This document shows positions 40,845 through 54,700 of a DNA stretch of 64,000 nucleotides, piece after piece. The DNA is from Mya arenaria (taxonomy: Eukaryota). A model generated the notes under the pieces. That model searched no databases. It saw only the letters and a program-made list of their open reading frames with translations, and had not been told where the DNA came from. Position 1 is the first letter of the stretch, and the number at the start of each line of letters is the position of its first letter. The translations under genes and the position numbers were made by a program. The stretch is taken from the NCBI RefSeq assembly GCF_026914265.1, contig NC_069127.1:1617682-1681681 (forward strand). Reading direction: 5' to 3'.

Positions 40845-42105
40845 GCGCATGTCTCCCCCATTGTGTGGTCGTAGGTGAGAAATAATCAATGATGGACATG
40901 AAATTTGTACTTCCTCCCTACCAAGTTTGGTGAACCTAGGTCAAACCATTCTCAAGATATTGAGCGGAAATGTTTTTTACATTGGGGGTCGCCGCGACCT
41001 TGACCTTTGACCTAGTGACCCCAAAAACAATAGGGATCTTCTACACCTCATGACCAACCTCCCTACCAAGTTTGGTGAACCTAGGTCAAACCGTTCTCAA
41101 GATTTTGAGCAGAAATGTTTTTTATATTGGTGGTCGCCGCGACCTTGACCTTTGACCTAGTGACCCCAAAAACAATAGGGATCCTCTACACCTCATGACC
41201 AACCTCCCTACCAAGTTTGGTGAACCTAGGTCAAACCGTTCTCAAGATTTTGAGCAGAAATGTTTTTTATATTGGGGGTCGCCGCGACCTTGACCTTTGA
41301 CCTAGTGACCCAAAAAACAATAGGGATCCTCTACACCTCACGACCAACCTCCCTATCAAGTTTGGTGATCCTAGGTCATGCGGTTTTCCAGTTATCGATC
41401 GGAAACGAACAAAGCATTCTCCTGATATTGCACGGAAATATTTTTTTACATTAGAGGTCACAGCGACGTTGACCTTTGACCTTGTGACCCCCCAAAATAT
41501 AGGAGTTTTCTAAACCTCATGATCAACCTCCCTACCAAGTTTGGTGAACCGAGGTCAAACCATTCTCAAGATATTGAGCGGAAATGTTTTTTACATTGGG
41601 GGTCGCCGCGACCTTGACCTTTGACCTAGTGACCCCAAAAACAATAGGGATCTTCTACACCTCATGACCAACCTCCCTACCACCAAGTTTGGTGAACCTA
41701 GGTCAAACCGTTCTCAAGATATTGAGCGGAAATGTTTTTTACATTGGGGGTCGCCGCGACCTTGACCTTTGACCTAGTGACCCCAAAAACAATAGGGATC
41801 TTCTACACCTCATGACCAACCTCCCTACCAAGTTTGGTGAACCTAGGTCAAACCGTTCTCAAGATTTTGAGCAGAAATGTTTTTATATTGGGGGTCGCCG
41901 CGACCTTGACCTTTGACCTAGTGACCCCAAAAACAATAGGGATCCTCTACACATCACGACCAACCTCCCTACCAAGTTTGGTGATCCTAGGTCATGCGGT
42001 TTTCCAGTTATCGATCGGAAACGAAGTGTGACGTACGGACTGACGGACTACCGGACTGACGGACAGGGCAAAAACAATATGTCTCCCCCAGAGAGGGGGA
42101 GACAT
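40845..42105. mobile_element. composite non-autonomous element: roughly 145-bp satellite-like array (8 units) + ACGG-like microsatellite + G5/C5 palindromic end (Helentron-associated, pearl/MgE/DTC84-like)
   Basis: The left boundary is gcgcatgtctccccca (40845). The array runs 40914-42030 with unit ctccctaccaagtttggtgaacctaggtcaaaccgttctcaagatattgagcggaaatgttttttacattgggggtcgccgcgaccttgacctttgacctagtgaccccaaaaacaatagggatcttctacacctcatgaccaac and is organised as [A A A B]x2. The microsatellite tacggactgacggactaccggactgacggac lies at 42032-42065. The right end is the perfect palindrome atgtctcccccagagagggggagacat (42079-42105). Confidence 0.65.
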
Positions 42106-42509
42106 AATTATGTAGGTAACTTAAATACCATAGTTATACTATCTATGCACGTCATTTGAAAGTTTCATTAGGAACTCTGATTATCCGCAATACTCCTGTG
42201 TTCCTGTTCTATCCTCGGGATTCTACTCATCACATTCCTAATGTCCTGCGTGTAAATAAAGCAGAATTGTGTACAAAAATGCTACCAGGAACAATCACAA
42301 TTTGGCAACCAGTATACATCAGTCCACCTTACATCGAGACTTACAGTATACATCAGTCCACCTTACATCGAGACTTAAACGTTTCTAGGGAAATCCTTAA
42401 ACCCAACAACCTCTTGCATGACATGTACTTTCATATTCGATTGAAGCGTCCAATAATATCACAATATGCTGTTAATAAATTAACCATCTATATATATAAT
42501 GCCACACTG

Positions 42510-42785
42510 CTATGAGACGGCCGTGGATGTGACGGGAATGACAACACCCTGTTTTTGTAGGACCCGTAAAACTTCAAGGATAGAATCCAGTTCCACGCGA
42601 AACCGCTGTATCTCGTTGTTCTTTGTCTCCACGATGTCCCGCCATTTGTCCACCTCACGTTCAGTTTCTATAGACGCTGCCTGTCGAGAGTTGAGTATAA
42701 TGTCCTGCAGCTCTTTCTCACGTTGTGCATGCTTAGTTTCTATCTGCACTATTTTCTCTTGTAAAGACTCAAAATGCCGCATTTC
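42510..42785 (-). CDS. coiled-coil gene terminal exon: EMRHFESLQEKIVQIETKHAQREKELQDIILNSRQAASIETEREVDKWRDIVETKNNEIQRFRVELDSILEVLRVLQKQGVVIPVTSTAVS*
   Basis: Acceptor tctctttgtgtttcgcag|GAA. The stop codon TAG lies at 42510-42512 on the minus strand. Confidence 0.8.
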   Translation of the reverse strand, partial: EMRHFESLQEKIVQIETKHAQREKELQDIILNSRQAASIETEREVDKWRDIVETKNNEIQRFRVELDSILEVLRVLQKQGVVIPVTSTAVS

Positions 42786-45700
42786 CTGCGAAACACAAAG
42801 AGAAAAATATGAATTTGTTACTTGGCTACATACTTTATAATTATGTGCACTTAAGAGGCCAGAATGTGAGATTGTGAGCATCTTCTTAAATATTGTAACC
42901 AATATGTGTCTATAAAAATCATGGTATAGGCTGGATCCTGAGCTATTGGAATGGAACATGCACATGTGTTACTTACTAAACAGAGGACTGTGAAGCCAAC
43001 ACAAATGCTCGTCTGTGGTTTTCAGTTGCGAGGGCATAACTGAACAATGATTAAAGACAGAGTGATGGCCCTTGCTATACATGTGTGTACTGTCTTTCTC
43101 ATGTTGACAGCAATGTTAGCAATATGTCTAGCAAACTCCAGTTGAATAATTCAAACAATTTTTATTGATGGCCATAGTTAAAGTGTTTGCACAACAACCT
43201 CAACAATAGACAGACATGACAATATCGCCAACTTTTAAAAAACAGACAAGATAAACATAGCAATATTTAAAACATGAAATTGATATTGTTTGACATATTT
43301 TTCATTATTTTATTTTTTTTATGTATTTTATACATACACTTACTGGAGCTATGAATAAATAAACACTATAAAGTCTTACCGGAGTGTGAGATTTCTTTGC
43401 CTCTTTGAGGTCCCTGTGTAATGATTTGAGTGTTTCCTCAAGACGTGTCTGTTTGATGCGCAACATAGACGCTGCCTCTGCCTCAACCTCGAGTCGAGCT
43501 TGCTGCTCTCTCAGGTGTTTGATCATCACCTAGACGACAAAGAGGGTAAAAAATGTATGAAATATCCTAATGAACTACTGAAGATATGAATCTAATGCTA
43601 GGAGTATCTGAGGAGCTAGAGTTCTACTTTTATCCAGCTGAGGTAGATCAAGAAATCAGTTAATAAAACCAGGGCAGTAGTATCATCACAATTTACATAA
43701 CAGTCGAAAGAGGATGACCTTCATGAGAATGACTTTACAAATTTCTAGACAAAGAAATAAAAAAAGTTAAAAGAGTATTAGACAAAAAGAATACTTTTAA
43801 CTGACAAACGCTATGCACAAATATGAAACTAATTCTTAAACCACAACCTACCTCCTGAGTATCAACCTTGCTCTGCAATTCCGCCATCCTTGACGTTGAG
43901 TGTTCCAGGGCGTTCTGGGCAAGGAGACGCTTCACTTCCTGTTGGTGGGAGTCTCGCTGCTGTTCAAGACGTTCCTCGTATGCCTCCTGTGTACGGCGGA
44001 GTGCAGCCTCCCCCTCTGCCACAGCACGCTGGATGTCCACCCGACACTGACTAACTTCCAACTGTACCCGCTCCACCTGACAAATCACAAGCATAGTTTG
44101 TATGAACAATGATATCCAATAGTGCCCAGTTTACAATTTGCCCCAATATATTATTTTTTTCATTATATCAAGTATGCAATAAAAACAAAGAAATAAAGCA
44201 TTAATGTCACAATATCAAATGTGTTGATCGAAAGTTCTTAATTCATAATCCTAACTGTTCCCTCAGGCTATTGCTATATAAACACTATGTCTATAAACAC
44301 ACTATGGCTATATACAGGCATACATATCATAGACACTCATAACATATTTTTTGCACAGAATTTCATGTCCTTTCCATTGATATTTTACATCATAATAACA
44401 TTCATACCTTCATTTTGAGGTTATCATTTTCCTGGATGACCTCAGATATGTGTGTGTCCTGGAAGACCTTGGCGTCATATGTCTTCCCCTGTAGTTCAGA
44501 CGCCGAGGGAAGGGACGTAAACTCAGCTGCATCATCTCCCTTGTTACCTCCCCTGGCACCCAGCTTCCCGCGCTTGCCTGACAAATACACAGATAAAGTG
44601 TTATGATCATGCAACAACAAGGTTAGTAATGAATAACCAGCATGGTTGTTAAGAAAACAACTTCTGTAGTAAACAAAATTGACCAATTCAATAAGTACAT
44701 ACAGAAAGCTCACACCAGTGTCTGTTGGATTGTTTTTAGAACTTTAGAACTTAGAATCATTATTCCTTATCGCTCATTTATAAAGTAAATCATCTTTAAA
44801 ATTGGTAAAATCTATAATCTATATACCGGTCATCCGAATTAACCAAACTTTCTGTCATGTTTACCATTATCGCCAGTGATCGCGAGTTGTCTGTCCTTGC
44901 GTAGGCGATCTAGAGATTTCTGAAGGACCTGAATGTCATGGTCCTTACCCTCCACCTCCAACTGGAGAGTCTTAACAAGGGCACGCAACTCTGCCTCCGT
45001 CTCCTTTGTCTGAGACTCTGCTTTAGCTGCAAAGAAAGCCAAATAAACTGAAAATATTTTAACAACAGCAGTCATAGACTGTCATATCCCCAGCAGAATG
45101 AAGGATAGGATCCAGTTCACCTTTTGTTAAAGGATACCAATGAACAATAACAAAGCGCAATTACTCACAAAAAATGCATGCAGCAAAAGTTATGGTTCCT
45201 GTGCACTGCACTTCTCCTCAATTTGATCTATCTGTATGTGAAGTCAATTTCTTGAAGGCTATGTATGAAATTTAACAAAGCCCAATAACTAAAAACTAGA
45301 GCTGTCACAGGAGTGACGAATACCCCCAAATGCCGCCTGGACACATGAATGGCAAACCATTCCTTTGAAAAGAGGCCATAACTCCAAGGTTACTGCACAC
45401 TGCATCTTCTTTTATCATGCATGTCTTGTTTTATTTAAATCTGTTGAGTAATTTAGAAGTTACACTGCTGACAAGAAAAACTCTCCTTTCATGAGTTATC
45501 GTCCGGAAACCGTTTTTCTATTTTTAGTAACAGTGACCTTGACCTTGGCCCCACCAGCCCCAACATCGAACTTGACCTGTACATGTATCTTCTGATGTTA
45601 CACCTGTGTACCAAAAATTGTTCAAATCTGTCTAGCCTTTCATGAGTTATCGTCCGGAAACCGTTTTTCTATTTTTAGTAACAGTGACCTTGACCTTGGC

Positions 45701-48700
45701 CCCACCAGCCCCAATATCAAACTTGACCTGTATCTTCTGATGTTACACCTGTGCACCAAAAATTAATCAAATCTGTCTAGCCTTTCATGAGTTATCGTCT
45801 GGAAACCATGAAAACCGACAGACCGACCGACCGACAGACCGACCGACAAGCTCACTCCTATATACCCCCTCAAACTTCGTTTGTGGGGGTATAAAAATGC
45901 AGCTAGAGTTGGAGTTTTTGTGCACTGCACTTTTCTTCAAAGAAATATACCTGAATATAAAGTTTGAAGTCAATTCCTCAAAGACTTTTCGAGTTATGCT
46001 CCAGACAAAAAAATAAGTATGAAAATTAACAAAGGGCAATAATTTTAAAACAAATGCCAGCAGAATTATGTTTTTTGTGCACTGGACTTATCCTTTATGA
46101 GATCTCTCTCCATATGGAGTTTGAAGTCAATACCTGAAACACTTTTCAAGTTATTCTCCAGACAAGATTGCCTGGATGACTCACTTACCTACCATTACTA
46201 TATCCCCTTTGCCCTTGGCAGGGGATAAAAATATTTATCAGTACCATTATTCAATACATTCATTTGCTTTAGGAATCCCACCCAAGACAGATTCATGCAT
46301 ATCTCCCTAAAATACATAAACATGAGTGGCAATGTTATACAATCTCAAACTCTAAAATGCATATTATGAGAGTCAGTTTTGTCAAACAACAATAAAAACT
46401 AGTTACACATATGGCTAGTCAGACTACAAAAACAGCTAACTTTAGCAAAGCCATGAAATTACCATCAGATTTCTTGGCCTTAGATGCCTCTGCAATGAGC
46501 CTGTCAACCTCAGTCTGAAGGTCGCGGATCTGCTGCTTGTATCTTTCCCGCACGCTCTCCAGCTCACGCTCCAGAGCCACAGAGTGGGTGTGCGGGTGAA
46601 CATGGTCGGCTTGGCCCTGGTAGATGGATAGCTGAATCTCAAGCTCCTTGATACGCTCCTCATACTGCACCTGGAATGTAAGACCCTGGGTTGAATACAT
46701 GGAGATATACAGATACAGGTCACCAAGCAAGATTTCATACTAACTCACATATCGCAGTCCATGGATGAACCCTTTTGCTTTTAGGAATACTCATTAAGCA
46801 AGGAAGAATCAACTGTACTATTTCTGAAAACATACCATTCAGACACGCACTATTCAGATGCAAGCTTGAATACCATGTTATCATATTGGGAAATTTTGCA
46901 TGAGCACAACACCCAGACACACTAAAATTTAACACTGAAATAAAGCTGAATTTAGTTATACATGTGATAAAACAGTACCATTACATTGTTTTATATAACT
47001 ATTATCTAGCCAAGATACCAACATTCCACTCTGACAGGTGGTATCTTTGCTTGACTCTGCCATGCAGTGTCTTCATCTCCTGGGGTTGTATTCAACATTG
47101 TTCTTGTCCTTGTTCTTTGACACGCCTCAGTAATTCCACTCAGTCCATTGGCCAGTTATTTTTACAATCCAATCAAAACACTTGGATTCTAATCCTAAAG
47201 CTGCACGCTCACAGATTGAACGTTTAGACAACTTTTTTACTTTTTGTCTTGGAATGAGCCAATTTTTGCGAAAATCCATGGAAACCAGTTACATAAGACT
47301 GCTGACAAAAAATTAGTTCGCAGATTTTTATATTAAAGTTCAAAAATTGATGTTTTATGCATTTTCCTTAAACTGTTAGTAAAGGTTTAAGCAATAAAAC
47401 ATAATTTTCGAACGGAAATATGAAAATCTAGGATCTGATTTTTTGTCAGCAATTTTATATCATTGGTTTGAAGATATTTACGCAAAAATTTGCTTTTTCC
47501 CAGACAAAAAATAAAAAAAATGTAAAAATGGAATATCTGTGAGAGGCAGCTTTAACATCAAATAAAAATCTAAGGTAGTTATTGAATATAGCCCCAGATC
47601 TAATTGTTAATTTCCATAGTGAAATAAGCTGGCGATCACATACCTTGACACTATGGTACTTCTGTTCCACTCCACGGAGCAAGGTGTTTGTCTCTGTGTC
47701 TTTGCCCTCCAACTCCTTTTCTAGCTTGCTAACCCTGCTCTCCAGTACCTCTGTGTATGCTGTCCGCTGGTTGGCCTGCACATAGTTATTACATGTATTG
47801 GGTTACTATAGATTTGAATGGATAAAGGGGTGGTTTAATGTTTGGTTTTAGGCTTTGTGACTCAAGAAAATTTGTTTTTTTTGTAGGGTAGGCATAAACT
47901 GTAATTATTTACAGTAGCATATAATAATATCCAGAAATTGTTGCAATAATCAGATAGATCTTTGATTTGCGTACAAAATGCAACAATCAACTACATGTTC
48001 AACATGGACGATCAAATTTGCCAAATGGAAGTATGCCCAATGGTATAGTACATCCTCTATCTCTGTTACCCCACACAGCCATGTGGGGACAAAAGGTATG
48101 GCATACCTGGTTGTTGGTGTCGCCTGCAGCTGCCGCAGTCATCATAAGTGATTGGAGGGAGTTTGGATTGCGACGCTTCAGGATTGCCTCCATCTCCTTC
48201 ACCTATACACAAGGACAACAAACAATTAACAAAAATTTTGTGCTAAAATCACAAAGGTACATTTCAGGCTTTTTCTCTCCAATATACTATCATACAGGCC
48301 AATGAAACTTTTATAAATTAATCTTAATGTTGTCCATTAAGTTATAAATTATAATACGTATTTTGAAGACTGTTTAAACCTGTGTTAAACGTTCAGCAAA
48401 TAACACCCTGTGGAAACATTTAGGGTTACCTGTCTCTGAAGGTCCTGTATTTTCTTGGTGTCTCCTGCTCTCTCCCGCGCCCGCACCTTGCTATCCTCCA
48501 CACGCTTACCAGACTGGTAATAGAATAAACATGTTAACACATGAACCCATCTCAATAACATGTGTTTGAACAAATCAAGAATTTCAGTTAAATGTGAAAT
48601 GTCAAAAACTAAATTGAAAGTCTAACATCCAAAATAAATATTGCATAAACTGATTTTTAAAATTGATTTTCTTACTACTCAGAAATATAATATCAATTAT

Positions 48701-51700
48701 TGGATCATACAATATGTGTGTTGATTTAATGTGTGGCACCTCTAGCCCTGACTTTATTCTTATTTATCTGTTCACACATCAGCTTAAAAGTCATGCTCTG
48801 ATTGTCAAGAATGTCACAATAATTTTTTTTGAGGTATATTTGTATACACTATTATTCATGTGTACAATTATTAGTCAACATGATAAATAACTTCAATTTA
48901 TAAATCATACTACTATAAGAGTTTTTACTGTACTGACATCATGACATCATGTTATATAATAACTAATTGTAAAATCGACAAAAAAAAAAAAAGCCTTGTT
49001 TTGTTTTACATTGAAATAATCGCATGTTGAGAGTGTCAACAATTCGTTATACTGAAAACCACATCACACCACTCACCTCAGTTTGTAGTTCTTCCAACCT
49101 CATCTTGAGTCTGTGTATCTCGTCCTCGCGGGCCTTGACCTTGCGGGCCCCCTTGTCTAGTAACTCCTGGTTCTCTGCATACCACTTCAATTTCCCCTTC
49201 AACTTCTCCACCTCACCCTGGTACTGCCGCTCCAGTGCCTGATGTAGGAAAATAAATGATGAGCACGTATAAACTTGTATGTCAAATAGTTAACTTTAAA
49301 GGTATATTTGAAGGAGATTATTACTTGTTGTGTGGTGTTAACCATAATGGTCCAAGGTTGCTAATGTTAATTTAATGGTTGAAACAACTTGAATATTTAA
49401 AATTCATTTTTCTTTTCTGATCTAACATTATCACAGGTTTCAAAAAAACTAGCCCTGTTATTGAAGTGATAATCAACTTCATCTTTAGACCTCAGACACA
49501 AACGAAACCCTACATATCATGTAGATAGACCTCCCACACAAACCAACTGCACATACCATGGCCTCCTCAGACTTGAGGGTCTTGTTCTGTTCTATTGTTT
49601 TCTGCAGCTGTTCTCTCTCCAACACAAGTTTTTCAACATGTTTCTCAAGCTCAGTGCGCGAGTGCTGCAGGACGCCCATCTCCCGTGACAAGGCGTCACA
49701 TGTTTGCTACAAATTCATAGCAAAGTTATGATAAAGTTTTATAGGTTGAGGTGCCAAAATTATACTTCAAACAAAAAGCATATAAAACCATTCTGCAGTC
49801 ACAGTATTTTGTCTCGCACCCAGGATGTAAAGGGGGTAGGATGACATTGAACAATTGTTATGTGTTTCACTTCATGAAAGGGATCACATATGCAATATAA
49901 TATATATATATGTAGAATTTATCACTATTGCTATATTGAACTTTTAAAATTTGAATGTACAACAGCTAACATCCTATGAAAAGAATAATATTAATCAGCA
50001 TTATGACCAAATGATTGCCACCACAGCCAATTTGCCCCACCCTTGCCTATGTGCCCCACCCTAGCCTATGTAACCTACCCTAGCCTGTCCAAGCTCTCCC
50101 TCCAGGTGTGCTACGGCCTCGCCTGTATTCCCTGCAGCGAGCCTCTGCTGTGCAGCTGGCCCCGTTATCAGCCCCTTGTTCTGGTACTCAGCCTCCTTCT
50201 TTTCAAGCTGGGTCCTGGAACCGGTACATGAACATGTAATGCTTATTTAGGACAATGGTGAAACATGACATGATACTTGTACATCTGTCTCTGACTTTAA
50301 GCAATGTCAACTATCAAATAGGCATTTTTACTACAATTTTGTTCCACTCTATGAAACTACATTGTTCATGGATTGTAACATTCTGTATAGGAATATGGAA
50401 GTGTTGACTGCTGCAAACTAATGTTTTAATTTTAACTTGACAAAACTAATGCAATAAAACAAAATGAAAAAAAAATGTTCTAAAAGCAACAAACTTGGAG
50501 AGCTTAGCGTATACAGTAAAACAAGACAGGGTTAAAGGGTTATAGACAGGGGAAAATAAATGGGAAGCACAAATCAACTTTATATAAGTAATTAGACATT
50601 TCACTCAATTAATTACACTAATATATAAATTTGACTTAACATTAAGACATTTTTCTAGCCATTTAAGAAAATTTAGCATTGTTCTGATCAAATCACAGCA
50701 ACTCAAACCATACTTACAGCCTCTCTTTATCAATTTTTATTTTTCTACAAAATGAAAAGACACAATGGGCAACACAAACAGAACATTCTTAGGCCTACTG
50801 GTACCAGTACCACATATATCACATTGAAATCATACAACAAGTCTTATAGTAGTAATTAAACATCCATGTAGCTGAAAATGTCAGCACAGTTACTGTTAAT
50901 TATCACCAGGATTGCACTAGGTAATGCAACATGCAAGCAGTTTGCGTCACATGCTGCTTTACATGCTGTAAATGAATCCAAAGTACATGTGCAAGGACAC
51001 CCCTGAACTCCCTGAGGTTTTGTGCAGCTCGTGTGTGGAGTTACTATAACACTCCTTAAGCCCTTAATATCTGAGGTTTGGGGCCGCAATGAGGACATCC
51101 CTGCACCCTTGTACTGGATGATTTGAGGCCCCTGTAAGACTGGCTGGACGACTTCTGTACGTCAAGTACCTGAGGTTTGTTGAATCTGTGATGACACCCC
51201 TGCAAACCCCATACCATTGGCCACTGTGAGGACACACCTGTATCTCCCATACTAATGATTTGTGGCCTCTTTGAGGAGACCCCTGTATCTCCCATACCAA
51301 TGGTCTGTACAATACCCTGTACCTGAGGTTTGATGACTGCGACACTTTACTAGAGCATCCTGCACCCCTGTATCCAAGGTTTGTGGCCTTTTTGAGGAGT
51401 TACTTGAACACCCCTACATTCCATACATGAGGTCTGCAGTCTCTGTAAGGACACTCTTGCGCCCGATGTATGTGGCCTGTGTAAATACACCCCTGAACCT
51501 CTGCCCTTCATACCGGAAGTTTGCACCTGCCCTACCCCCTTTGTACCAGAGGTTAGCAGCCTTCTGTGAGCCCCCCCCCAACTTTTTAGCAGAGGTTTGC
51601 ATATACATCCTCCCCCTCATATCAGAGGTTTGCAGCCGTCTGTGAGGCCATACCTGCCACCCCCCTTTCGTACAAGAGGTTTGAGTCCATCCCTGCCCAC

Positions 51701-54700
51701 ATTCCTTTCATACTGGTGGTTCGCAGCCTTAGTGAGGCCATCCCTGTCCCTCCCCCACTCTTTATAACAGAGGTTAGTGGCCTCTGTGAGGTCAACCCTG
51801 CACCCCGCATACCTGAGGTTAGCTGCTTCTGTGAGGAGTTTCTGATTCTCCTGGAACATCTGGTCCTCCAGCTGCTTGCTCTGCTGACGGAGATTCTTCA
51901 TCTCATTGTACAGACGCTTGTTCTCCTATATACGAACAAGCATGGGAAAGTGAGGGAATATTTGGTAAAAATATCAATAGGGATTTCTTACTTCTGCAAC
52001 CTGTGTCTCTGTGTCAATGATTTTGGCCAAAACCCATTGTTTCTTTTTGTTTACAAAATGTTCATAAAAAACATTACTGTTAACACCAATTAGGACTGTT
52101 TTCATTATATCTACTAACAACTTTACAATGTGGTAAGTTTTCTTACACTGTAACCCTGCCCTGTGTGTTCATACCTGCTGGTACCCAGCTATGAGTGTTT
52201 CTTGCTCCTTGACTTCCTTCTGTAGTCCCTCAAGCTGGTCCTTATCGAGACCCTCCAAGGGTTCCCCTGCCAGCACTCGTCTCTTAACCACACCATCACC
52301 CTCACCAGATATCTGGACATGAGAAAAATCATGATATTTGTTAATGCAAGTTTAACTGATTTGGTAAACACTTTGAAAAACATATCATCAATGAAATTTG
52401 GCAATAGAAAATAAAGGTTGAACCTAAAAGAATATATGCATTTTTTATATGACTATATGTTTTCAAAGCTGTTAGTTAATAGGGGTAAGCAGTAAGTCCT
52501 AAACTTCAGAAAGGCTATGGCACAAATAAAACTTTTTAACCATTTCATGAAAAATGACATTAATATATGTATAGACAAATGCTACATGTATTCTACAGTA
52601 CTATGTTTACATTAAACTCAGTCAAGGTCTATGCCAAGCCATGCACCAACACATGCACTGACCTTGGCCTTGAACACAACCACACACACTGACCTTGAAC
52701 ACCCACACCCGCGCTGACCTTGGCCTTCAACAACCCCACATGAACACTGACCTTTGCCTTCAACAACCCACACACACACTGAACTTGGCCTTGAACACCC
52801 CCCCCCACACACACACACACCGACCTTGAGCACCCACACACACACACACACTGACCTTGGCCTTGAGCACAAAGTTCTCTTGTCTGAGTTCAGCCAACTG
52901 CTGTTCATACTCCAGTTTCTGTCCCTCCAGCTGCCGCTCATAGCTCCGTGCCTGGGATTCCAACTCGCCTAGGGAATGGGTACACAAAAAATAACAGTTG
53001 AAATGCAAATAATGACCATAGAGCAAATTTATCATGCAAAGAATAACAGTCATGCAGCAATGCAGCAAATAAATTACTACAGTCGAACCCCGTTGGCTCG
53101 AATTCCTAGGGACTGGCTACATAACCTCGAGCCTCGGAAATTTTGAGCCAAGAGGGAATGTTTACATTCAGTATATAGAAATAGGTCCCTTACATCCAGT
53201 TCGAGCCAACGAGGAATTCGAGCCAAGCGAGTTCGAGCCAACAGGGTTCAAATGTCCTCACATTATAACATTTTTGCAGCATATATCATTCATGCAGCAA
53301 AAAAATGCCACGCAGCAAATAATTATAATGAAACAAATTAAATAAAGAACTAAACATATACTTTGAGAATCTATAACTGACAGAAATTTTAATTAAATTG
53401 TTAGTCGTAAGGAACAAAAACAATTAACTAAATATTTAACAGTAACAAACAGAATGTGTGGCTCATGACTGAGTTTGTAATAAAATATTATTTGTCATGA
53501 ATAAGTACAACATATCTTCAAACACACAAAATAAATCACTTTAGAACAACCAAATACATTCCAGGACCTTTAAGGCTGGCTATAACCTGGTCCTTATCTT
53601 CCTCTGGCTGTTCCTTCTCCTTAAAACTGGCTGACACTGAGGGCTCATCCTCTGAATACTTCACCTGCACAAAATTTCAAGATATTGTATATGTTGGATA
53701 TTTTTTATGTTAAAATACTCTCTTTTATTGAAGATATCTATTATGGAAAGAAATGTATTGAACAAAACTGTGCAACATTTTCAATTAATTAAATATTCTT
53801 AATGATTACATCAAATACAGAATATTTTCAAACAAATACCATTTACATTCTTACATTATCTCTAATCACAAACAAAAGCTGATTTGGGTATAAATTCAAA
53901 GAAAACAAAAGTAACCAAACAAATGCTCCACCCGTCCACGGACAGTACCTGTGGTGCCGGCATGCCAGCAAAATGGTCTTTGATATACTTGGCAAAGGAC
54001 TCAACAGATGCATCCAGCTGAGTTGCTGCCATGGTCCCCAGCTTCACCTGCCGTGATGACTGGCTCCCTGCATGATGGAAACTTACTGTGATATTTGTTT
54101 TCAAGTACCAATATCAATGGCCCTTATTGATATGCCAATATACTCACACCAAGAGCTCCATTGAATAAAAATTCCAACACTTAATAATTTTTTTTTTTTT
54201 TTCTCACTTTCAGTGATTTGTGCATTCTCATAAAATGGAATATTTTGACAAAAAGCATGACTGGAGATGAATAACACTGAAATCTTCAACACAAGCTGAT
54301 ATTGTCTGACAATGCATTATTCTGTATATTAGTTAACATACCAATGATTTTGTTCTTGGCTATTTCTGCAGGGCTCCATAGCTTTTGAGACAGCCCCTTC
54401 TTGGTCTTTTTCCCCTCCACATCGGAAGGGCCAGCCCTGCCGACCTTGGCTGGGGACTGGGCTGGGGAGGCACTAGTGTCCTTATATCCTGAAGATTAAA
54501 ACATCAAGTATGGAATAACAGAAAATATTTACAAAACTGAATCAAATTATATTGCCTTAGAATGATAATCAAAGGTCAAGCGAAGAACTGATATAAGAAA
54601 ACTAATCATTCCTGTTTAAGTACTGATAAAATAAAGCAATTCTTTGTATGCTGTTGTATTACGGCCTCTGCACATTATCATAATAATATAACAGCCAGAG

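Noticed and set aside
51056-51901. ORFs on the minus strand such as MKNLRQQSKQLEDQMFQENQKLLTEAANLRYAGCRVDL...
   Set aside because: Only the first roughly 38 codons (51813-51925) are real exon 20. The remainder is read-through into the donor-derived degenerate array.
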